The notes below the pieces were generated by a model, which was given only the letters and a program-made list of their open reading frames with translations, had not been told where the DNA came from and did not search any database. Of a stretch of 64,000 nucleotides of DNA, positions 1 through 7,571 are shown in pieces. The position numbers and the translations under genes are program-made. How positions within the stretch are numbered: position 1 is the stretch's first letter; every line of letters begins with the position of its first letter. Origin of the DNA: a bacterium (GTDB lineage: Bacteria > Chlamydiota > Chlamydiia > Chlamydiales > SM23-39); contig JAJXYX010000097.1 of the NCBI GenBank assembly GCA_021780355.1, forward strand, positions 1,594 to 65,593. The letters are read 5' to 3'.

Positions 1-820
1 GGTCGTTAGATTCATACCCTAGTTCGATAAGTAAATCTCCAATTGCTTGTTTTGCTGCAGCTTTATGCTCTTGTTTAAAATAATCTCTCCAAGATCCCAC
101 TTTTCCTCGAAAAAAATTCCACCCTTTTCCGAAATGTTTTTTATAGAGGACAAGAAGATGCGCATCTGTGATTTGGATAGATAGGGTTTGTGTGATTTTT
201 TTAAGTTCTAAAAGCGCTTCCCGCTCTGTCGCGCCTCCTCCATGAGATCCCATTAATCGATGAAAATCTAGAACGCAGCATTGCGAACTTTGCAGCCATC
301 CTTGAAAACTGATAAAATTTTTACGAAGTTCATGTTGAATGAGGTGGAGAAGCTTTTCATCATCGGAAGAGAGTTCATTGAGTTGGGGATGGTCTGAAGA
401 AATGTATTTATAATGATTTAGCAGGGAAACTACTTGATCTCTCGGATCTCTTTTTACAAAAAAATTGATGCATTTTTTTTGGGCTAAATAGGTTTCCATT
501 GCGAGAGAATAAGGTGCGTGCAAATGGAGGAACGCTTTTTGTTTGTTTGTTTCCTTCCAAACTTGTTCCATAGTCAGATGGCTCCAAGGAGTTTTGTTTA
601 CAGAAAAAGGAAAGTGATTGAGATCTGTTGGATTCCATAAAGTATCTGTATCTCTATTGAATTGATTGGTAAATTCTGGAGCCCAGTAAATTCTTTTATG
701 AGTCAGTTCTTCAAGAATGGGGATTAGTAAATGCGTTCCCGTTTTAGGTTGGGTGAAAAGGACGAAATCGATTCCTAGAAGGGAGTAAGACAAACATAAG
801 AAAAAAATCATGATTCGCAT
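1..820 (-). CDS. PAPS-dependent sulfotransferase-domain protein (Sulfotransfer_1-like); 3' end runs off the window
   Basis: Missing from the ORF track because there is no stop inside the window. The minus-strand frame from ATG 820-818 (AAGGA 7 nt upstream) stays open to base 1 (273 codons, checked triplet by triplet). The translation MRIMIFFLCLSYSLLGIDFVLFTQPKTGTHLL... contains PKTGTH (5'-phosphosulfate loop), KRDPRDQVVS (3'-phosphate motif) and RGKVGSWRDYF, the three hallmark sulfotransferase motifs. The N-terminus is hydrophobic. The start overlaps the stop of the upstream gene by 13 nt. Confidence 0.75.
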   Translation of the reverse strand, partial: MRIMIFFLCLSYSLLGIDFVLFTQPKTGTHLLIPILEELTHKRIYWAPEFTNQFNRDTDTLWNPTDLNHFPFSVNKTPWSHLTMEQVWKETNKQKAFLHLHAPYSLAMETYLAQKKCINFFVKRDPRDQVVSLLNHYKYISSDHPQLNELSSDDEKLLHLIQHELRKNFISFQGWLQSSQCCVLDFHRLMGSHGGGATEREALLELKKITQTLSIQITDAHLLVLYKKHFGKGWNFFRGKVGSWRDYFKQEHKAAAKQAIGDLLIELGYESND

Positions 821-1878
821 GGTGATTCCTTTTTCATGAATGATATAAAACAGGGGCTTTTACTTTTTTTGATTCGATTGTGCATGGCTTGCAGATTGAT
901 GAGCTGAGTGTCCATAGAAAATTTTTCTGTGAAAATTTGATGGGCTCTTTTGGCCTTATCCAGAGCGTCCTTTGGATTTTGGCGAATTGTATCCATATGC
1001 TGTCGAATTTGGGCGCAAATTTCTTCTGCGGACAAGGAAGTATCAACATAGAAAATAGTATCTTTGAAATGTTTTTTCACGAATTCATTTTCATCAGAAA
1101 TAATCACCGTCGAAGCCGCAGCGGCTTCAAAAATTCGAGAAGAGGGAATTTTCTCTTTGTTGTGGATTTCAGAGTGAAAGATCAGAACGATCCCGTGCTT
1201 TTGTAAAACTTGAATCACAGAGGTTCCATCAAAGGGAATTTTTCCCATGTAGCCGTCTTCTATGATGTCCTTATTTTCATGGATCCCGTAAAACTTTGTG
1301 AAACCGCTTCGGCTAAGCGTTTTGTAGATCGTTTTAAATTTCTCGTCGGTGAGTCGGTTGCTCCAGACTGGAATCATGGTCATCAAGCTATCTAAAACCA
1401 GTTCCTTATAATCAACATGTTGCAGCGTTGGGTAAAAAGCAGAGGAAAAAAATTGTCTGTTTTTTAATTGGAAATCATTTTCGAGCTCGTCTGTTTGATC
1501 GATTGTGAGCAGATACCCATCGTATTTTTCATAGAAAGGTTTCAATTTCCTTTCAGAGTTGAGGTAATTAAATGGATGGAAAATGGTCAGATACGTTGGG
1601 CAATATTTATAGATCCGCCGGTTGTTAGGAAGAAGGCAGATAATCCAATTGAGTTTTTTTTTCTTTTTGAGCTTGTGCCCTTCTTTTTCATCTAAAAAAA
1701 CCTCCCAGCCTAAATGTTCAGCTGCGATTTTAATCCTCCAGGCGACCTCCCTTTCTCCGCAGTATTTCGCATCACTCACAATCCCAATTTTGATTTTGGG
1801 TTGGAAGTGAAAAAAATGGGTAAAGGCTGTGCTGGCAAAAAGAAACGCAAAAAGAAAAAAGCTTTTTTTTCGAGACAT
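808..1878 (-). CDS. Glycosyltransferase-like protein (GT1-type C-terminal half, CgeB-like) with N-terminal signal/anchor
   Basis: 356-aa ORF. The N-terminus MSRKKSFFLFAFLFASTAFTHFF is hydrophobic. The C-terminal half (SSRIFEAAAASTVIISDENEFVKKHF...AEEICAQIRQHM...AKRAHQIFTEKF) resembles the sugar-nucleotide-binding half of family-1-type glycosyltransferases. The family call was made by eye only. Confidence 0.5.
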   Translation of the reverse strand: MSRKKSFFLFAFLFASTAFTHFFHFQPKIKIGIVSDAKYCGEREVAWRIKIAAEHLGWEVFLDEKEGHKLKKKKKLNWIICLLPNNRRIYKYCPTYLTIFHPFNYLNSERKLKPFYEKYDGYLLTIDQTDELENDFQLKNRQFFSSAFYPTLQHVDYKELVLDSLMTMIPVWSNRLTDEKFKTIYKTLSRSGFTKFYGIHENKDIIEDGYMGKIPFDGTSVIQVLQKHGIVLIFHSEIHNKEKIPSSRIFEAAAASTVIISDENEFVKKHFKDTIFYVDTSLSAEEICAQIRQHMDTIRQNPKDALDKAKRAHQIFTEKFSMDTQLINLQAMHNRIKKSKSPCFISFMKKESPCES

Positions 1879-2148
1879 ATTTTAGATGTGTTGACCTATG
1901 AAAAGTTCAAGGAAATGTATCTAAATAGGTAAATAATTCCAATCAAAAATTTTGTTCGCAAAAAAAAGCTGCAGCCAACCTTTTTTTACCTCGAATCTTA
2001 GAAAAAATCTTACATTAAATAGGTGTCTGGCTGGCTCAATTTACTTAAATTTCTTATAAAGAAGGTTGTAAAAAAAATTTTTATGTTTTAGCCTTGGAGA
2101 GGCTTCGTGCTGACGTGGCCTTTTCTTAAGTTAAAAACAGGAAATTTT

Positions 2149-4212
2149 ATGATGAAAAACCATCTTCCGCATTTTATCTCATTGATGTTAGCCTTTGCTC
2201 TTCAGGCGAGTGCAGAATCTTCTTCTGTAAGACTTTCTGGACACGTCCCTACTAAGGCGGTGTCCCATGCAACCCATTTGGAGCGTTTAGATAGTGCCGT
2301 TGAAGTGCCTATTACGTTTGTTTTGCCGTTGCGCAATCAAGAGGCATTGGAGGCCTTAGTGCAGCGTATGTACGACCCATCTGATGAAGAGCATTATGGC
2401 AACTATCTGACACCTGAAGAATTTGCCGAGCAGTTTGCTCCGACTCAAGAGGACTATGAACAAGTTGCAGCCTATGCGCAGAGTTTAGGTTTGACTGTGA
2501 CGGGAACTCACGCTAATCGTACATTACTGAATGTTTCAGGTCCTTCAGCCGCCTTAGAATCTGCTTTTAATTTGAAGTTTCATCACTACCAAAAACATAA
2601 CGGCCAGGTCTTTCATGCTCCCGACAATGAACCTGAAGTTCCTTCTGCGATTGCCTGTGTGATTCATGGGATTGTTGGTTTGGACAATCATGCTTTGCGG
2701 CATACGTACAATCGGCATAAAGAGATGGGAGAAGCTGTCAGAGTGTCTCATTCGACTTCTTTAGCGCATCCTTCAGGGCCTGGAGGCGGCTATTCTCCCA
2801 ATGATATTTTGACCGCTTACAATCTCAATCGAGTGTCTGTCGATGGATCCAATCAGATCATTGCTCTGTTTGAACTGGGAAGCTATCTTGCAAGCGATAT
2901 CGATCAATATACGAACCATTTTGGTTTGCCCTCTGCCAAATTGACCAATATTTTGGTCGACGGCGGATCGAAAAGCGGCATTGATCCTGAAGTGACACTA
3001 GATATTGAGCTAGCTGTAGCGCTCGCTCCTGCTAGTCAGATTTATGTTTATGAAGGTCCCAATTCGGACCAGGGAGTTTTGGATACCTATAATCGCATTG
3101 CGACAGATAACCTGGCTAAACAAGTCAGTACATCTTGGGGTTTGGGGGAAAGTTTCTCAAGCGCTCAATTTCTTCGCGCTGAAAATGCCATTTTTCTTCA
3201 GATGGCAGCTCACGGACAAACCATTTATGCGGCAGCTGGCGATAGCGGCGCTTATGATGAATATCCGAATAATGTCTCCTTGGTTGTCGACGATCCGGCT
3301 TCTCAGCCCTACGTAGTTGGCGTAGGAGGGACGAGATTGACAGTGAATGCATTGACAGGCGCCTATGGTAGTGAATCTGTTTGGAATGATGGTATGGGCA
3401 ATGGTGCAGGCGGCGGAGGCATTAGCGGTTTTTGGCCGATCCCTTCATGGCAGAAAAATGTTGCCGGCGTGGCTTCGACAACCCATCGAAATGTTCCCGA
3501 TGTCGCCTTGAATGCGGATACCAATACAGGCTATTCGATTTATTATAATGGACAGTGGACAATCTACGGCGGCACTAGCTGCGCAGCGCCTCTTTGGGCA
3601 GCCTTTACGGCTCGGGTCAATCAAGAGCGGCTGGCTCAGCAAAAATCTACTTTAGGTTTTGCAAATCCCTTTCTTTATTCTATTGGAGTTGGATCATCTT
3701 ACACGAATGATTTCCATGACATCACCTCGGGTGATAATTTATATTACCACGCTCATGCGGGCTATGATAATGCCTCAGGATGGGGATCGTTTAACGGAGC
3801 TCCTTTATTGGCCAGTTTGACGCAGTCTATCCAGGCGGTTTCTCATTCTTTGCCAGTTTTGGCTGTGTCGATGACTCACGCTGGTTCTATTGTCAAAGGG
3901 AGAAGCGCTAGTTACACAATCGCTGTCGCTAACCAAGGCGACATTTCCACTTCGGGTTCTGTCACTGTAAGCATCGTCCTTCCGACAGGTCTTACTTATA
4001 AATCTTTCCAAGGTGCGGGGTGGACGTTTAATCAACGCACTTTGACTTGCAGCCGGAGCAATGCTCTGGCAGCAGGCTCAAGCTATCCTCCTATTACTTT
4101 GGGAGTCTATGTAAGCCGTAATGCGCCAAGTTCTGTTAGCTTAACCGCGATAGCATCAGGCGGGGGAGCTACTGCCAGCGCGAGCGCTACAGATGTTGTG
4201 AACATTCATTGA
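2149..4212 (+). CDS. Secreted sedolisin (peptidase S53, pro-kumamolisin-like) with C-terminal DUF11/CARDB-like domain
   Basis: The track ORF starts at GTG 2107; in-frame ATG 2149 gives the signal peptide MMKNHLPHFISLMLAFALQASA. A pro-kumamolisin activation domain is present (RNQEALEALVQRMYDPSDEEHYGNYLTPEEFAEQFAP). S53 catalytic residues appear in context: EVTLDIELAVALAP (Glu/Asp), AAAGDSGAYD (oxyanion Asp), GGTSCAAPLWAA (Ser). The last ~110 aa (SYTIAVANQGDISTSGSVTVSIVLPTGLTY...PPITLGVYVS) look like a DUF11-type beta-sandwich. Confidence 0.85.
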   Translation: MMKNHLPHFISLMLAFALQASAESSSVRLSGHVPTKAVSHATHLERLDSAVEVPITFVLPLRNQEALEALVQRMYDPSDEEHYGNYLTPEEFAEQFAPTQEDYEQVAAYAQSLGLTVTGTHANRTLLNVSGPSAALESAFNLKFHHYQKHNGQVFHAPDNEPEVPSAIACVIHGIVGLDNHALRHTYNRHKEMGEAVRVSHSTSLAHPSGPGGGYSPNDILTAYNLNRVSVDGSNQIIALFELGSYLASDIDQYTNHFGLPSAKLTNILVDGGSKSGIDPEVTLDIELAVALAPASQIYVYEGPNSDQGVLDTYNRIATDNLAKQVSTSWGLGESFSSAQFLRAENAIFLQMAAHGQTIYAAAGDSGAYDEYPNNVSLVVDDPASQPYVVGVGGTRLTVNALTGAYGSESVWNDGMGNGAGGGGISGFWPIPSWQKNVAGVASTTHRNVPDVALNADTNTGYSIYYNGQWTIYGGTSCAAPLWAAFTARVNQERLAQQKSTLGFANPFLYSIGVGSSYTNDFHDITSGDNLYYHAHAGYDNASGWGSFNGAPLLASLTQSIQAVSHSLPVLAVSMTHAGSIVKGRSASYTIAVANQGDISTSGSVTVSIVLPTGLTYKSFQGAGWTFNQRTLTCSRSNALAAGSSYPPITLGVYVSRNAPSSVSLTAIASGGGATASASATDVVNIH

Positions 4213-4221
4213 ATAATGACT

Positions 4222-4360
4222 GTAAGCGTTCAGGCAATGCTGTCAACTTAAGGTCTCCGCCCCATAGGCCTCAACCTATCAAAAATTTGCGATAAATTTT
4301 TGATAGGTTGAGGTCTATGGGGCGGAGACCTTAAGTTGACACCATGGCTTGAACGCTTAC
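4222..4360. repeat. 139-bp near-perfect palindrome (singleton in this window)
   Basis: Left arm GTAAGCGTTCAGGCAATGCTGTCAACTTAAGGTCTCCGCCCCATAGGCCTCAACCTATCAAAAATTTGC. The right arm is its reverse complement with a few mismatches (…TTGATAGGTTGAGGTCTATGGGGCGGAGACCTTAAGTTGACACCATGGCTTGAACGCTTAC). It lies between two convergent genes, 10 nt after the sedolisin stop. Confidence 0.9.
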
Positions 4361-4415
4361 TTTTTATGAGACCTGTTTCGGTCAGTGGGCATTGAGGCTG
4401 AGAGATGATCCCAGT

Positions 4416-4571
4416 TTATCCTTTTCGTCTTTTGAAATATTGGATTTCTCTTTCATGCTTCACGGCTTCTTCACGCGTTTTGAATGTTCCAAGATTTCTC
4501 CTTTTTCCTGTTTCGGGATTCACGGAAAGAGAATAAATGCGATATGTGCCATCTTTTAATTTGCGGATCAT
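4416..4571 (-). CDS. Small basic protein, 51 aa (below ORF-track cutoff)
   Basis: Hand translation of the minus strand gives MIRKLKDGTYRIYSLSVNPETGKRRNLGTFKTREEAVKHEREIQYFKRRKG followed by TAA at 4418-4416. The composition is protein-like and basic, with no internal stop. The RBS is weak (GGA about 8 nt upstream). It overlaps antisense track ORFs that look spurious. No family assigned. Confidence 0.45.
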   Translation of the reverse strand: MIRKLKDGTYRIYSLSVNPETGKRRNLGTFKTREEAVKHEREIQYFKRRKG

Positions 4572-4587
4572 TTGTGTTCCGTTTATT

Positions 4588-4659
4588 TATACCGTTCGTG
4601 ACTCAAGAATCGGCTATTGGACGGCTTCAAAGCCGATTCTTGAGTCAGGAATGGGTATA
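4588..4659. repeat. Family-1 palindromic element (TATACC...GGTATA), internally deleted 72-bp copy
   Basis: TATACCGTTCGTGACTCAAGAATCGGCTATTGGACGGCTTCAAAGCCGATTCTTGAGTCAGGAATGGGTATA. GACTCAAGAATCGGCT pairs with AGCCGATTCTTGAGTC. The termini match those of the copies at 10331 and 21372. Confidence 0.9.
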
Positions 4660-4846
4660 TATAGAAAGTTTTTTTCTCTCTCATGCATCGCTTCGAAGAT
4701 TTTTTCACATTGCTTCAAGGAGATATTTTTTGCAACTTGAACTGTATGCAATATATCTTTAATGTGTATACCAAACAAAGCTGAAGAATCGGCTTATAGA
4801 CAGGTCCTTCAGCTTTCTTCGATATATCGACAACAATGAGAGGCTT

Positions 4847-5578
4847 ATGAGTTATCAAAGTACACTGTCATTTTGGAAAAAAAAATCTCTGAAAGATCTG
4901 TTGCCTCCTCCTGTGAAGGCGGAACACGGCGAATATTCGATGATCTTATCTGCCCGTGATTGTCCTGCTGTCTTGACGCCAGAGCTGCTTCAAGTGAGCT
5001 TGAAGGCGATAGAGTACGCTGCCAGTGTCGATTTGGGGGAGCTCCGAGAGAGGAATGAACAGGCAAAAAGGTATGCCGATCTTTGGCCTGGAGAGCATTA
5101 CCGTTTGTTGGCGGGGTTTATGCTTGCTTTGAAACCGAAAGTTGTGATTGAAATAGGAACTTCCACGGGGCTTTCGGCTTTATGTTTGAAGCGTTATTTG
5201 CCCTCTGATGGAAAAGTTGTGACGTTTGATATTGTGCCTTGGCAGCAGTATCCAGACACGCTATTTAAGCCAGAGGATTTTGACGACAAGCTCGTACAGC
5301 ATGTAGCTGATTTAAGCCTTGCATCCTCTATGGATTTTTATGCTTCTTCCATTCAAGAGGCTGGACTCATTTTTATCGACGCTTCCCACGACGGAGATTT
5401 GGAAGAGCGCCTTTTAGAAAACCTAAAAAAAATTCCGTTTTCTCACAAAGTATTTTGTGTGCTTGATGATATTCGCGTATGGACCATGCTAAGTATGTGG
5501 AGAAGTATCGAGCTACCCAAAATCGATTTGACGTCATTTGGCCATTGGTCTGGCAGCGGAGTGATAGAACTGCGCTAG
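4847..5578 (+). CDS. Class I SAM-dependent methyltransferase (O-methyltransferase/Methyltransf_24-like)
   Basis: 243 aa, with GAGAGG RBS 4-9 nt upstream of the ATG. Motif I is VVIEIGTSTGLSALCL, followed by an acidic residue after beta-2 (VVTFDI) and IFIDASHDGD, typical of small Rossmann-fold SAM methyltransferases. Confidence 0.7.
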   Translation: MSYQSTLSFWKKKSLKDLLPPPVKAEHGEYSMILSARDCPAVLTPELLQVSLKAIEYAASVDLGELRERNEQAKRYADLWPGEHYRLLAGFMLALKPKVVIEIGTSTGLSALCLKRYLPSDGKVVTFDIVPWQQYPDTLFKPEDFDDKLVQHVADLSLASSMDFYASSIQEAGLIFIDASHDGDLEERLLENLKKIPFSHKVFCVLDDIRVWTMLSMWRSIELPKIDLTSFGHWSGSGVIELR

Positions 5579-5608
5579 CGCCTTCTTGATAAGGTTTTTC
5601 ATTGCTTA

Positions 5609-6649
5609 TTAGGGTATGTCGATTTCGTAGAGATTGAGAGTAGCCTCTTTTGCTTTCATTGTTTTTTCCCAGATGACGTCTCCTTCAGACGTAAAAGTAA
5701 TGCCGCCAAATTGTGTAATGGCCATATGCCGTCCGTCGGAAGAAAAAGCTATCCCATGAGGGGTATGAAGTCTAGACTCTGGATTTTGGAGAGTTTGAAA
5801 AGGGGTGGTTTGTAGAATAAAGTTAGACTCCCGATCGAAAAGATAAAAGGTGACAGTATGTTGATCGCTGTTTGTGACGGCGCAACAGGTTTGATCGGGA
5901 GAGAACTTTACGTCCTCGGGACGGGATAGTTGTGTCCGTGGGCCTTCGATCATTTGATGGGGTTTTGAAGCAATCGTTTCATTTTCTATGGAGAAAATGC
6001 CTAGGCTGGGAGGTTCGGCAAATGTGGCGATGAGATGAGTCCCATCTGGAGTGAAAGCGATCCCTTTCGGAATGCCTGGCAGCTCTTCATTTTTCAACAG
6101 ACTTATGCAGGTAAAGCGGTTGTTTTCTTGTTTAAATAAAACGATCGCGCGCTCAAAATAGCTCGCTGCGCCATAACTGATAGCAAGATACTTTCCGCAA
6201 GGAGAAAACATCACTCCGTGGGGCTTGCAATGTTGAAGGATTTTTGGGGGAAGAGTGACAGCTATGGGCTTTTTTGAGAAAAGTCTATTGGAATTCCTCT
6301 GGTAAACATTCAACGTTTGGGTGAGCCAATTGGCTACAACGAGTTGGTTCCCATTCGGAGAAAAAGCTGCGTGTTGTGGCTGATCGAGCCTTGATGAAGG
6401 ATTGTGGAGCGTTTGGATGATTTTAAGTTGCCCTTCTTCTCCTATTTGATAGAGGGTAATTTTATTATTGTGAGTGTAGACAACGGCGCAAAGATTTTCT
6501 TTGGGATGGAAATCTACGCTATTGATCAAACTATAGGTAGAGGCGTCATTAGGAAGGACGATCAGCGGAATGGGAGCAACCAGAGCGCTGGCCGCTGAAA
6601 AGTGCATGAAAAAAAAGAATCCGATTCGTCTCATTTTAATCTGTCCCAT
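5609..6649 (-). CDS. Secreted beta-propeller repeat protein (lactonase-type 7-blade-like)
   Basis: 346 aa. The N-terminus has a signal peptide (RRIGFFFFMHFSAASALVAP); an alternative start at 6634 would remove the overlap with the upstream gene. Blade motifs recur: FSPNGNQLVVAN, FSPCGKYLAISY, FTPDGTHLIATF, FSPDQTCCAVTN, FSSDGRHMAITQ. Confidence 0.6.
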   Translation of the reverse strand: MGQIKMRRIGFFFFMHFSAASALVAPIPLIVLPNDASTYSLINSVDFHPKENLCAVVYTHNNKITLYQIGEEGQLKIIQTLHNPSSRLDQPQHAAFSPNGNQLVVANWLTQTLNVYQRNSNRLFSKKPIAVTLPPKILQHCKPHGVMFSPCGKYLAISYGAASYFERAIVLFKQENNRFTCISLLKNEELPGIPKGIAFTPDGTHLIATFAEPPSLGIFSIENETIASKPHQMIEGPRTQLSRPEDVKFSPDQTCCAVTNSDQHTVTFYLFDRESNFILQTTPFQTLQNPESRLHTPHGIAFSSDGRHMAITQFGGITFTSEGDVIWEKTMKAKEATLNLYEIDIP

Positions 6650-7508
6650 CGAGATCGTCTATGATCACTTCTTTTTCTTTTCCTGAAGAGTTAGATCTCG
6701 ATACTACGGGATATTGGGGTAGCGGTTGAATCTTGCCGCCTATGTTTTCTAATGCTTCTAGATCCAGCTTCTGTTCAGAAGGCAAGATATATCCTGTTTC
6801 AGTTAATTTACGATCGATTTCTCGAGCGTAGTATTTAATATAAGGAAACATCAAGACGGTCATATAGTTTATTAATTCTTTTTGCCTATCTCCGGAGTTG
6901 GGTTTATTGACAATCAATTCTACCTCTTTCCATCGGCTCGTCAGAAAATTAGGGACAATATTGGCAGGTAGGGAGTTGATGCCATTGAGAAAATTGGCAA
7001 AAAGAGAGGGGAGATTATTGTCTGGATCAGGTGTAGTGCAGATGCAGGCCATTTTGTAGAATTCTTCTAGAACTGCTTTAAACTTGATGAGATCGTTGAT
7101 GTTTTTTTTGTTTTTCTCTGCTGTTTGCAGTAATAGAGCGTGTTTTTCTTTATGCCAAGACAGCGCTTTGTAAGCACACGCTAAAAGCATGAGGGAAGCG
7201 ATAAAAACGACGCGAATAATGTTGTCAGACTCGGTTCTGCTCTTCCATTCTACCGCGGTATGAAGAGCAAAGCCGGCAATGATCGTTCCGAAGCCTCCAT
7301 GAGCAAACTGTGTGGCGAAAGTATTGTTAGCGAGAGAATTTGTGATGTTTTGTATGTCTTGAGCGATTTGGCCTTGCGCTTGCTCTGTGTTGGATCCAGT
7401 AGATACAAGCGTTTGAGCAACCTCTGTTGCGTCGCCGATGAAAGTAGCCAGCAAAGGAGGTTTTATGCGTGCGGGGGGAGATGAAGAGGACGGAACTGTT
7501 AACGACAT
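6636..7508 (-). CDS. Putative inclusion-membrane (Inc)-type protein, 290 aa
   Basis: I prefer ATG 7508 (GGGAGG RBS, 6-nt spacer) over the TTG 7568 used by the track. The N-terminus is Ser/Pro-rich (MSLTVPSSSSPPARIKPP). It is followed by a bilobed hydrophobic segment, FGTIIAGFALHTAV-EWKSRTESDN-IIRVVFIASLMLLACAY, then a long soluble C-terminus. No enzymatic motif recognised. Confidence 0.5.
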   Translation of the reverse strand: MSLTVPSSSSPPARIKPPLLATFIGDATEVAQTLVSTGSNTEQAQGQIAQDIQNITNSLANNTFATQFAHGGFGTIIAGFALHTAVEWKSRTESDNIIRVVFIASLMLLACAYKALSWHKEKHALLLQTAEKNKKNINDLIKFKAVLEEFYKMACICTTPDPDNNLPSLFANFLNGINSLPANIVPNFLTSRWKEVELIVNKPNSGDRQKELINYMTVLMFPYIKYYAREIDRKLTETGYILPSEQKLDLEALENIGGKIQPLPQYPVVSRSNSSGKEKEVIIDDLDGTD

Positions 7509-7571
7509 ATAAACCTCCCGTGTGGGGATTTTTAATAAAATATTAAAATTTATTTTATTTTTTTGCAATCG

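Noticed and set aside
2107-2148. GTG-initiated 14-codon extension of the sedolisin ORF
   Set aside because: The downstream ATG yields a canonical signal peptide. The extension would bury it behind MLTWPFLKLKTGNF.
4484-4790. Track ORFs 4484-4762 and 4537-4740 (+), and a possible ~55-codon TTG-initiated minus-strand ORF (about 4606-4770) ending inside repeat 4588-4659
   Set aside because: The plus-strand ORFs are translated repeat and antisense to the better 51-codon ORF. The minus-strand candidate has no RBS, uses a TTG start, and takes its last third from the repeat. I could not support it.
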